64,000 nucleotides of DNA from Leptogorgia sarmentosa (taxonomy: Eukaryota), in NCBI GenBank assembly GCA_964658305.1, contig OZ210884.1:6386001-6450000 (forward strand), written 5' to 3'. The position numbers and the translations under genes were made by a program. Every line of letters begins with the position of its first letter. Positions within the stretch are counted from its first letter, which is position 1. The notes under the pieces were generated by a model. The model ran no database searches. It was not told where the DNA came from and saw only the letters and a program-made list of their open reading frames with translations. Of this stretch, positions 14,478 through 26,132 are shown in pieces.

Positions 14478-16330
14478 TCACATTTTAATCTTGATGCCAC
14501 AGTTAGCGGCTTGTTTGAAAAATAAGTCCTTAGCAAATTCATAGAGCTCTATGTCAGCGCTATTAACATTTTTAATCCTTTTCATAGTTGATTCTTTAAT
14601 TGGCTTCTTTTTTACGCCCTTCGTTACAAACGTCTTTTGCATTCCAGCCTGAGGAACGTCCAAAACGAAATCCGGCAATCGTTTGTGCAAAACTGCTGTG
14701 AATTCATTTATATATTCCATTACACCAACACTTGCGTAATAATAAAGCATGTTATCTTTTGCTCGTGCAAGCGCTTGGACATTTCCTGTCTTGCAAAAAG
14801 CATAAGGTCCACAGAAGAATCTTGTCATATGATTCCAAGTGCATCCTTCTAACTGTCTTTCTAGACATTCTTCGATAGTAACATTGAAATGGCCACGTGC
14901 TTTCAACTGTTTTAGTTTAATAGGCCATCGAAATGAACTCCTGCAATAGTAGTAATGGGATATAAAGCGAGCGACGGGCTCTCTAAGTACATTTATATAC
15001 GTAGCCTCGACGTCCTTTCTGAAATACAGATGAGCGATGGCCATTAGTCTTTTATTTTCAGTTTTGCACTTTGCAATTTTTTTTTGAATACGTGTTAAAA
15101 TTGGATGTGATATATTTTCATTTTCCCATTCCTCAGTCCAATCTACATGAAATATTAATAAAAGAAATCATGCAATCAGTTCTGTTATCAAAAACCATGA
15201 TACTAAATAAAATCCATTATCCTCTAGATTGTAATTTTAGTATAAAGTTTGGGAAAGAGGAATTTTCAGGAGGAAATCAACTTCTTATCAGCACTTTGAA
15301 GGTCCGTTTACACCAGCGATTTCACAGCGATTTCTAGTGGGGTTTGCCCCTTTTGATAGATGTGAACGAGTAAACCAGTCACGGATGTTCAGATGAGAAT
15401 GCGTGTATTACATTGTGTATTCAGCACATTCGTTATTAATTCACTCGATTACATCTCTCAAATGGAGAAAATCGAAGCAAAATTAAAAATCGTTCGTGTG
15501 AACGGAGCAATACTTCTCAAAATAAATTTACCGAAAAAGTGATCATTTCCTTCACAACTGCTTCTTCCACATACAACTACGGTGGAGGGGTCAGTTATGA
15601 AGTTCCTGTTGCGATCTAGTCATCTAACTAACGAGCTAATCCTCAGATAACCCATCAAAAATGACAATAGCCAATGCAACTGAATATGGGTGATTAAAAA
15701 CGACGTGTACCTCGTGTGTAGCAGTTGCCAAGACGAGTACTGGAGCTTTCTAAAAATTCAGACATTGTGGAACTGCCAGATTTAAATATTCTATTATAGA
15801 ATACAACTGGAGGATGCAACGGTTCACAGCTTTGTCCTGTTAGATCTCCAAACTCTGGGGATTTCATATTGGCCCTGAAAAGAAAAATGATTATTGAAAG
15901 AAGAATGATTATCGGGAATGAAGAACGAGATATCTCCCAACAGATAGGCTCGAGCACTATAAATTACTTGGTTAGCAAAGCTTGAATGATTTCCCGAATA
16001 CAAAAATATACAAAATTTGCAAACTTCACAGAGCTATATTTTTATAGTTTTAAATTTATATTTTACAACATTTCACTACCAAACTTTGCAATTTTACTAA
16101 CTTTCTAAGCTGTTCTTTAATGCTGTTGTGCAATGAACGCTCTATACAACACAACTGTATTTACACTATTACAGTTGCTGTTGCAATACTTGGCTTCATT
16201 TTATATTTTCGCCTAACTGTATGTGAAGATAGTGGCAGTGCTCCTTTTTAATAGCATTATGTTTACTCAAGTTTACAAACTTACCTGATTATTTGGCGTG
16301 GCAAATATATTTTCATCCAAGAACATCGTT
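14478..16330 (-). CDS. Heparan sulfate 2-O-/uronyl 2-sulfotransferase family protein, paralogue A (5' end unresolved, may extend to ~17303)
   Basis: In-frame exons ~16330-16285, 15874-15711, ~15142-14478. 5'-PSB-like VVFYNRIFKSGSSTM, 3'-PB YINVLREPVARFISHYYY, MTRFFCG, VGVME and C-terminal DIELYEFAK motifs. Confidence 0.8.
15299..15508. mobile_element. Degenerate MITE
   Basis: ggtccgtttacaccagcgattt / aaatcgttcgtgtgaacggagc termini. Confidence 0.45.
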
Positions 16331-17775
16331 CTAAAGAATAAAAAACAAGAGTTAAAATTGGTGAATAATGAATGTTGATGAATGTTAATTATATCTTGAA
16401 GCGAGTACTAAATCTCCTGCAATCTGATTGGTCATGCAAAAGAGCTCGAATCTCACGCGATAGTCGTTACGCGGTGCTATAACATATTTTCAAAATGGAG
16501 GCTTGCCAAATAGAAATCGTGAACAAAGATTTTGGAAAATTTCGTCTTAATAGCACTGACAAAAAGATAAAAATTATGAAAAGGACTTCACCAAGAACTT
16601 TTAAGGTAAAGTTCAGAACTTCTAACATGATGTTTAATATACTTTACAAAAACTTGCTTTGTCGTTTGCGAAGTTCATGTTTACGCCATAAATTATAGCT
16701 AGTACATAGGGTAGCCTATGTAACAACAGTTCAAGTAAGGACAAAATTTACGGCAATAATATTTATACTCAAAATTGATACTATGCATGCTCTTAAATAG
16801 TAAATTTATAGCATTACGACGTGAATAGGAGTGTTTTCAAACATTTGCTTATCCACCGTTTAACTAAAACTAAACGCGGATTTTAACTTACGTGTGTAAA
16901 AGCAATGTGATGAAAGGAAGGTCATAACAATTAAAAAAATAATTATGGTAAAGAAACAACGTATCCTGGATCGAAAACAATGTTCAAATTTCAGGAACCT
17001 AAACAAGTTTAAAAAAAACTCAATCAGTTGTAATTCGTAGAGCGTTGCATTCTGGTTATAATGCTATATCACTTACATATTCGATGGCGCGTGAAAATAT
17101 GAATGGAAATAATGAACAATTTGCCGAAAAGGTTGTTGTAGCCATCGTACACAAGACCGTAGTTTTTCTAATCGTTTGCACGGCGTTAGCTGATAAATGA
17201 GACATCGAATGTTGATGATACCAATAAAACCACAATCCAGCGCATGAAAATTACTATAACAAGGGAAATCGCGTTTTGCCGATCTTTTTATACACTACAT
17301 CATTTTGCAGTTTTCTACCAGGCAATCACCTGCTGAAATAACACCCTTCACGTTAGATTGTTTAGTCTAGCTTTGTAATGTCATTCAAATGTACATGCGA
17401 GTACCTGCAAGAACACAAAGGTTAAAAAAAGATTGTATTCTTCGTGTATTGTTAACTTAACAACTCGTGTGCAAAAGTTCAAATGCTTCATTGGACAATA
17501 TGAATTTATAGCATAAGGTATTATGCTTTAAATATTATCTAAACTTGTAATAAAGTACTTAGATTCCTGGAATAATCCAGATTCCTGGATTTGTGAGAAT
17601 GACTTGGGGAGTTAAAGGTTTGGCCAATTTCATTGTCAGTTTACGATATTGTGAAGCTTATTCAATCATCAACTAGGCTCGATTACTGGCTCGAATCATG
17701 AATCATTTCATGAATCATAACATATGATTTAAATTTGCATTTGCATGACCAAAAGTCGGGCTGACTTCGCCATAA

Positions 17776-18311
17776 GGGCTCGTTCACATGAGCTCGGGAC
17801 AACATTTTACCCCGGGACAATGAGTTGTCTTGAGGTAAGATTTTTTGTGTTCTCATGTGCCGGGACAGGTACTCAAATATTTGCGAAATTTATTGAATAC
17901 AGTTTAACGCTAAACTGAAACGATTTGAAAGTCTAAGAAATGTGCAATTTAAAATATGTTAGTCAATGCAAATATCGCTTGGTTCGGTGCCGTTTTAGCT
18001 AATTTAGACAAAATTGCTGATCTACTGCAGCAAAATATTTATTTCCTGTTGTTTCTTGGTCAAAACAACCTTTGAAAATATTTGAATTTGTCCCGGGATG
18101 AAAGTCTGTTGCGTTCACATGCGGTAAAGTTGTCTCGGTAAGGCGAGTGTCCCTGTGTTCAGAGGCGAGTCACCCGCGGCAGTTTTCACCCCGGGACAAA
18201 TTGAAATGTCATGTGAACAGAACTATTGTTTAACATAGCGTGCAGAGACAATATTTGTCTCGGGACAGAATAATGCCCCGAGATAACATGTTGTCCCAGG
18301 ATCATGTGAGC
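17776..18311. mobile_element. MITE with repeated CCCGGGACAA motifs
   Basis: ttcacatgagctcgggacaacat / atgttgtcccaggatcatgtgag subterminal inverted repeat; several internal cgggaca copies. Confidence 0.6.
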
Positions 18312-18539
18312 TATATATGCTTCAGCTAGCGAGGTCTAAAGTCATATCGCCGCAATTTTGGATCATGATTCAAGGAGAGCACGGGGTCCCCCGATGATCC
18401 TCTACATTACCTAATGTATTAAGTATTGTATTTCCGAAGATAATTACCGAAGAACACCCGACCGTCAAGGTAGCCTGACCCTATGTTGTGCTTTCCATGA
18501 TATGATTCAAGCTAGTCATCACTGATCCCAAAAATATGG

Positions 18540-18850
18540 CGGACTATCAACGGTGAGCACTGTTTGAAGGCTTTCGAAAAGCAAACACAAGAACTATTGC
18601 TGCAGATTATAAAGGACTCCTGAGAAGACATAAATACTGGGAAAAGACAGAAGTCTTTAGACAACTATGACGAAACGGACGAAGTCGAGCAGCGAAGTCT
18701 TTGTTGGCTACTTCGAGAAGAGGGAAAGGCGGAGAAACATCAGCCAGCATGTCTTTTCCAGTGCTAAGTTTTCCCAAATCCCAATTTCTCAATCGCAAGA
18801 CATGAAGAACTGCTTCTCAAATTGCAATGTCACATTCAACGTTTACAATC
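18540..18850 (+). pseudogene. Decayed Crypton-like (DUF3504) tyrosine recombinase C-terminal fragment
   Basis: Frame INTGKRQKSLDNYDETDEVEQRSLCW (~18630-18707) resembles the TGH...SLxxY recombinase box with acidic tail; in-frame TGA just upstream; frameshift to ...FSNCNVTFNVY. Confidence 0.45.
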
Positions 18851-18911
18851 GAAATACTTCCCCTGTGACCAACCAACGGCATTTGAACGACGATTCAGGC
18901 ACAAACATCTA

Positions 18912-19558
18912 GGCCCCGTTTACACGGCAGCAGATAAAAATTTTGTCCGGATAAGTATTTGTACTGATACAAATATTTGCCACATTGGGTCCCTATTTAC
19001 ACGGTGCGGATCAATTATTTCAGTCGTTGTTCGACAGAGTACGGATTTGCTCGGACTTTGCTCGGGCGTTGCTCGGACTTCAGCGGCAGCGCCACATTTA
19101 GCCAACCTTGCAGCCATATAGGGCTGGTGAGGTATCTTGGACAATTTCATTAAATTTTCGTTTTCTATTTCGATGAAAATTGGATTTTAGCACGAGTAAA
19201 GCCATGTTAAGCATCTCCACACCAGATAGTTAACAATAGTATTGTAGTAAATAGAAATACAAAATGATTCATTTTCAGATAACTGCGCTATATTAAACAT
19301 ATACAAATGGCTTAAATGATGTGTCCACGATAAAAGGAAACTGGAACGAATCCGTAAAAATATTTGTTCTGATTGGCGTTCACACGGTACCGGACAAATA
19401 TTTGTCCGGCACTAGTACGCTTTCGTGGCAGGTTGAAAACTTGCACGGATAGGTAGTCAAAAACTTGTCCGGATAGGGTAGTGCCGTGTAAACGCAAATC
19501 GTATAAGCACGATTATTCGTCCGGATACAAATTTGTCTGGTGCCGTGTAAACGGGGCC
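18912..19558. mobile_element. PIF/Harbinger-like non-autonomous element
   Basis: TIR GGCCCCGTTTACACGGCA / TGCCGTGTAAACGGGGCC with 3-bp TSD CTA (18909-18911, 19559-19561). Confidence 0.8.
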
Positions 19559-20520
19559 CTAGATTCGTTCATTTCGAGCTAAATTACGAGATGGAGTATG
19601 GACGGCAATTTACAGTACAAATCGACATACCGTGTGTTGTTCCACAAGGAATGATGTTCACCAAATTTCATCTTTTATTATGACATATTATACCGGGCCC
19701 AACCACTTTGGTTGTCAAACGTGCGATGTTATGCCTTTCTGAATATAATTGAATGGTTAATGAACGACAGCAATGATTTATAACAGCACGCGCTTTTGTT
19801 GCTGTTCGTCAGAAGCTAATTTAAATTTCACGGTCTATGACTATGACTATGAGTAGAAAAATATTTACATAGCTGGACCACTGTGCATCGATGTAGACGC
19901 ATACAGATTCAGAGATTTCTCTATTCGACAAAGTAAGCGATTCAAACCCAGTGAAGTATAAATAACCATTTACCATGTAGTAGGTTATTTATAGTTCTCT
20001 GTTCAAACCACTCAAAGGAGTTCAAACTATAGCAACTAAACTAAACATGATGCAATATAAATATTACAACACATTTCGGCTGAATCACTCATTATGGCTG
20101 TGGCTATAAATAAAATAATAGATGTAACTCGAATTTTCTCTCTTGGGTAGTAATTGCCATAAAGGCATTCATTGCATGTTTATTAACTTGCCTTTTTGTC
20201 TTGAACAATCTTTCATTCGGATAATAATGCGCTTCATGCTGATGCCAGCGACATGTTTAATTTGTCTATGAATCATAATGAAACCGCAGCGCCGTACATA
20301 CGCGTGCTCAAAATCATCCAGGGCTGGTTGTATCAATTGCCAATTGGACAATTGCACAGGCGTCGGCCGACCCCGGCACTTCTACCGTGGATAAGGAAAA
20401 AATATCAAAGGAGTTCATGAACTATTGACTGCAAGGAAACAAACGTTTTCTGTCTAAACATAACAAGTAACAACTATGCATAGAACTACACATTTAAAAG
20501 TTACGGTTATCACTGAGTAA

Positions 20521-20846
20521 TTTTATAAAATACAGAACAATGGACACTCCGAAAAAGGTTTTCATTTCGATTCAACGTTTCGACTAGCTTGCAGTCATCA
20601 TCAGAAATAAAGACACTGGTCAGTCTTTATTACTCTTTAAAGAATCCCTATATATTCATCGCCAAAGACCGGAACTTAACCACGGATGTAAAGCCTCGAA
20701 GGAAACAGATATCGTATTTCACCTTGTATATATAGCTTTGTAATTCTTAGTAGCGTCATTCCTGATGATGACTGCAAGCTAGTCGAAACGTTGAATCAAA
20801 ATGAAAACCTTTTTCGGAGTGTCCATTTGTTCTGTATTTTATAAAA
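20521..20846. mobile_element. Penelope-like element remnant with ~87-bp inverted arms
   Basis: 20521-20607 is a near-perfect reverse complement of 20758-20846; each arm contains CTGATGA-stem-GAAACGTT. Confidence 0.65.
20758..20796 (+). ncRNA. Minimal type I hammerhead ribozyme core (second copy on - strand ~20571-20607)
   Basis: ATTC CTGATGA T GACT-GCAAGCT-AGTC GAA AC GT T GAAT: core boxes CUGAUGA/GAAA, 4-bp stem II, palindromic stem III, 4-bp stem I. Confidence 0.6.
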
Positions 20847-21243
20847 CTACACATTTAGTTGGTAAAATTTAAGTTCACTTATCTACCGCTAATGACCCGG
20901 CGCAGAAAACAAAAATTTAAAAACACTCTATTATTCAATCTTGTAAATAATTAGCTAAACTTGAATTTTATGAATTAAATGTGTAGTTCATTGCATATAT
21001 AGTTGTTTTGACAGAAACGTTTAGATTGCTTGTAGTCATCGTAAAAATCACTAAATTTTATTTTTAATTTTGAAAGTTTCACAACAATGGAGTGAAATTA
21101 GATTGTCCGCTGAAATATATGTTTTGGAAAAGCTCGGTTAGCGGATGCGGAATTACGGAACATGGTCAGAATCATACAGGATTCTGCAAAGTCCCATACT
21201 TTCATACGGTCATTTTCTATATAATTTTGTTCCGAATTAAGTA

Positions 21244-21339
21244 TAGTCACTACTGAGGATTATTTGTGGCAGCCAAGAGAGTTCAGGCCAATAGTCACTA
21301 CTGAGGATTATTTGTGGCAGCCAAGAGAGTTCAGGCCAA
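21244..21339 (+). repeat. Perfect 48-bp tandem duplication upstream of sulfotransferase B
   Basis: tagtcactactgaggattatttgtggcagccaagagagttcaggccaa x2. Confidence 0.9.
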
Positions 21340-21428
21340 AGTTAGAGATTAGGAAATTATCTTTTGATTAAGCCTATAATGATCTCTTTTAATATTCTAT
21401 AGAATATCCCACACCTTTCAGGATTTCA

Positions 21429-24211
21429 ATGTTTAGAAAATGTATACCGAGGCCAAAGAAACGTCACGTGCTCTTTTTGTTTCTGACGTCATTGCTAGGA
21501 ATATTTTTGTACACTACAGAAAACTGTTATTTTGGAAAAGACTCTGAAAGACAGCGTACGTTATATTAAATCACTTTTATTAATCTTGCTTGAGAACAAA
21601 ACCGAGCCTGTACTTGTCAAGCAATTCCGAGGGTTGTACATATACAATGTACAAAATGCGTGTTGGTGCCTTGGACAAGGCGCGGTCTGGACGGGTTTGA
21701 CAGGCTCATAATATAAAGGCACATTTACACGCTGCGATTTGTCGAGCACGACTCGTATTCTGGCGTGAAAAATACTGCCTACGCCACCATTTAAATTTCT
21801 TAAGATTAAGCCATAATTTGAAACTCGATTTGAAATGCGACTTCTTCACACGCATTCACTCGATTATACATATACGCCAGAATGCGAATAGTGCCCGACA
21901 CATCGTAGCGTGTGAAAGGACCAAAATCGTGTGAATGGCCCAATTGTATGACATTGAAAATTGACCACCACAATGTTTTAAATTGTTTGTTCATATAGCT
22001 TGATTTTGTCCTCTTACAGTATACGTTAATCGTATCATGCAAAACAAGGATTCGTTATAAAAAGATGTCCAATAACTACTGATAAGGCATTTCGTTTCTG
22101 GTATGATGTTTTTCAAGGATTCAAAGAATCAAAGTTCAAACCCTGACTTGCCTACTACTTCTTTGCCTATTACTTCACCATCTCGCATTGATGTCGTCTG
22201 CAATTATAGATTCTCTGTGGGATTGTTTACTGGGATGGTTCCCAGCCGATGGGAAGAAGTTACAAAGAAAAAAATCCATAAACAAGGAGGCATTACGTGA
22301 CAACCGTGAAAACATAATCAGCGAGATTACAGATTCAAATTTTGTGAATTCAAAAGCAATTTATTCTCTTCGCAAAACTAGAAGTGGCGATATAATTCAG
22401 AATATTTCATTGCCTGGAATCTCAAATAGTAAATTAAAAAAAGATGTTGATGCAATTACGCCAGATACAACCAAGCGTTTTTCGAAGAGTGTCTTGCAAA
22501 GAAAGTGAGTTGACTGGCATGTCTAAACTAGAATGTGATGGTGAAAAAGGGCACTTGATTGCAGAGGAGTAGGCACGAACTTAATTTGGGGGGGGGGGGG
22601 GAGCTGAGCAACTTCTAAAGACGGGATATGTATACTATGTAGGGGGATTCGGGAAATTTTTGAAAAGTAAAACCCCAGAAATGTCATCTCCAATGATTTG
22701 GGCACAATTATAGAATCATTGTATTTGGCAAAGGGCAAGTCTTCTTTTATTTAGGGGGGGGGGGGGGGGGCTAATCTGCCTCATCACAAAGTTTGGGGGA
22801 GCTGAAGCCCCCTAGCCCCCAGGTTCCTGCGCCTATGCTTGGTTGTCCAGTATACACGAACAGGTGTTCCAAAAAAAGCCTAGTAGTTTGGTGAACTTTA
22901 ATTTACGGTTTATATGTTCATTTTTTGTACAGGTCATCAACGAAAAAAAGCGATTATTCTAAAAACAAGCACTTGATGAATGTGTCAGATCACAACTGCA
23001 ATCCATTGTACCCTCAGGTTGTACTGTACAACAGAATATTCAAAACAGCAAGTACGACTATGTCTTCGTTTCTGGAGAAATGCAGCAGCAAACTTAAGTT
23101 TGTGATAAAAAAAGGTTAGTAGCTATAGCTACACTGATCATTAATGCACACAACGCGACGTCAAAGAGGACGTGAAAATGGCGTGGATGTCCATAGATGG
23201 GCATATCACGCCATTTTTACACCATTTTCGCGACCTCTTTGACGTCGAGTTGTGTTTGCTAAATCTGCTTCTGCAGTAAACCGCTGGTTAATTCATGCAA
23301 ACTTGCTCTCAGTCAACTGTCTTTATTGTCTGAATATCCTCAAAGATGCAATAGTAAAAAGTAAGAGCGACATAATTTAACATGCGGGGGAGGGGGGGGT
23401 GGTGAAGTGGGTGGCACCGGGTTATTGCCAAGTGAGCACGACTAGCCTGTCCACTCCTGCTAGTACAATATCATCAATTATAGCTTTTGCTAATGATTGA
23501 ATAAAAAAGATATAACATGTCCTTTTGTTTCATGCAGAGGCAACAGAAAAATGGTCGAGCAGAAAAACATCTCATCCAATCCTGATACGTATTCGAAATC
23601 TTGCAAAGCGAAGCAAACGACGACATAAACGAATGTTAGCTGTCGCTCATTTTTACTTCAGAATTGACACGGGTATCAAGATGAAACACACATATATTAA
23701 TCTCCTTCGCAAGCCTATTGATCGTTTTATATCAAATTATTATTACGTCCGAAGTCCAACTCGTTGGCCTGAAAAGCTAAGAAAATTAAAAGCTTCAGGT
23801 CACTGGAATGTCACCTTGGAACAATGCATCGACAAACAGTACGAAGGATGCAAATGGAATACCATGACAAGATTTTTCTGTGGACCTGAGCCATTTTGTA
23901 AAAAAGGAAATAAAAAAGCTTTGTCCAAAGCGAAATATAATATGCAACATTATTACTCGGCTATTGGCATAGTGGAACATTTGAACGAGTTTATTCAGGT
24001 TTTGCATAAACGCTTACCGAAATTTATTATTAAACCTCCAAAAACGCTGAGTAAAAAATTTGTTACGAGTGGTGTGAAAAAGAAACCAATCACTAGGAAT
24101 GTAATGGAGAAAATAATGCGGGTTAATCGAGCGGATATTGAACTGTATAACTATGCAAAAACACTATTTTTAAAACAAGCCAAACTGTGTGGAATTAAAA
24201 TAAAATCATAA
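21429..24211 (+). CDS. Heparan sulfate 2-O-/uronyl 2-sulfotransferase family protein, paralogue B (type II membrane)
   Basis: Phase-compatible exons 21429-21555 (MFRKCIPRPKKRHVLFLFLTSLLGIFLY signal anchor), 22210-22504, 22933-23114, 23538-24211. Motifs VLYNRIFKTASTTM, YINLLRKPIDRFISNYYY, MTRFFCG, DIELYNYAK. Confidence 0.88.
21718..21923. mobile_element. MITE
   Basis: ttacacgctgcgatttgtcgagcacgactcgtattctggcgt / acgccagaatgcgaatagtgcccgacacatcgtagcgtgtgaa. Confidence 0.65.
23146..23259. mobile_element. Short palindromic MITE
   Basis: acacaacgcgacgtcaaagagg...aaaatgg / ccatttt...cctctttgacgtcgagttgtgt. Confidence 0.6.
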
Positions 24212-24363
24212 ACAGTTCTTGTTGAATGCGATTTGTTGTGTAGTACCGACCGAGCACCATTTATAGTGTAGCGGATATGTGCATGGATGTTTCCAAAGAG
24301 GGTTAAAAGCACCAAATTGTGCACAGTAGCATCTTTTTATGAGTACAACAACAGAAAAAGTCA

Positions 24364-24559
24364 GGTCGTTTCTTTCAGGGTTTTATGTCTTCTGAGAAGG
24401 CTTTTCAAGTCTTACAGCGCAGATCTTGTCTTTGTTTTCCCCGTTTAACGAACTTATCCTGTGTTTCAATCCATGGTCGTTTCTTCCCCTTACTCAGGGT
24501 TTTATATCTTCTGAGAAGGCTTTTCAAGTCTTACAGCGCAGATCTTGTCTTTGTTTTCG
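24364..24559 (+). repeat. Direct duplication (~65-bp near-identical core, period ~120 bp)
   Basis: cagggttttat(g/a)tcttctgagaaggcttttcaagtcttacagcgcagatcttgtctttgttttc at ~24377 and ~24496. Confidence 0.85.
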
Positions 24560-26132
24560 CCTTTCCAAAAGCTTTGAAAAGCTTCTTAAAATCTTTAAAA
24601 GTCGTTCGAAGTTTCGAGCAAAGACCTTTGGCGGGAAAGGCTGCAGTTCGACGTTTCGAGTTTAGGTAGTATAACTATTGCAACAAAGTTTCTGTCCACA
24701 ATACTTTAAAGCGTTTTAATTTCGTGCGCAAGCCACTTCCCATCTCTTAAAAAAGACACCCTTTTCTGTTTTTAAAATTTGATATAGTTGAAAATCTCAA
24801 ATGGAACGCGACTTAATTGTTAATTATGGTCATTGATTACGGTAGACTAATAATAGAATGCAGTACTTACAGCAATAACAATGCCCAGATCATTCCACCA
24901 AGCTCCTGTGGCCACATGGGATCAAAACTTCAACCAGCCGTACAGTATTCTCCGCACGTTATTTTTTTACTACAGTTGAACCACTAGATGTACAATAGTA
25001 ACTTTTACAGCAAAAGAATAACTATTCGGTGTAATTCGAACTAAAAATGAATAACTGAGCTTTTAATTCGTTTAGAAGTCATAATATTTCTAGATCTTTC
25101 GTTTTCAAAGCATCCAGTGTCACCCTTTTACTGCAGGATGCACACTATAACAACTGAACAAAATTACATCGCTCTCAACTTCGTGAAGGAATGCCTCGAA
25201 GTATACAGTTTTTTGTTTGGTAATAAACGTATCTTTTTTTGAATTTTCAAAATTTAGAGAGAGGATAACTTTTTGCAAACTTTCATTTTTTTTCAAAAAT
25301 AAAAGTTTTTTCGACGTTTCAAAAATAGACAAATTTAATCATATTAATTTTTCTAAGATTTTAAACAGTAATCAATTTAACGAACAAAGTTTCTGTTCAA
25401 ATTAATTTTAAGCTAGCGTTTAAATTTCGTGCGCAAACCGTTTTCCACCTGTTGAAAAAGCCACTGTTTCAAAACGCTGCAAAAACGTTATGGTTTCATT
25501 CACAAATTACAGAATACCCTTTTAGCTGAGCTAAGGCATATACTTACTTAAGATACAACTTGTTGACAAGTTTGCTACAAGGTTCTTGGCTTGTTGCAAA
25601 CACATCTTTTTGACAAGCTCTGAGGTCTTTAACTGTGCGAAGATGATTAATTAGTTTGTGAATATCTGATAAAGTATGTATTTCAAAGTTTGTGTAGTAT
25701 TTACCACGTTCTATGATAAAAAATACATATGCATAATTATTTCTTCAGATTAGGTTCAAAAAGGCGGTGTCGAGATTAGCAATTGCCAGGGGCATTTCTT
25801 CATAAATTGTCCTGCAGATTCATTATGATAAAACTTTGCCGGTAGGCTACATCTCAGTTCAAAATGGTTACATATTTTACATCGAAAGATTATTTTACTC
25901 TCAACATGCACTGTGGTAAATGAAAAATTAATATTTTAGACTATGAGTCCATTTTTGGGCAATATATGGTTTGTTTGAATGGTAAGGTCATTATGAATGT
26001 GCAAAATCTGATGATATGATAAACCAATTTACTGCTCACATACTGTATTCTGACAATTTTTTTTTAACTCAATTGAAGATCAGATTTCATCCAAGATTTG
26101 ATCAAAGATGAACAATCAAATTTTGATGGTGT

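Noticed and set aside
15050..15095. Possible frameshift at the poly-T run in sulfotransferase A
   Set aside because: Nine Ts keep the frame (IQKKIAKCKTENKRLMA).
21244..21339. CRISPR-like direct repeats (also 5011-5098, 24364-24559)
   Set aside because: Only two copies each, no unique spacer series, no cas genes, eukaryotic context.
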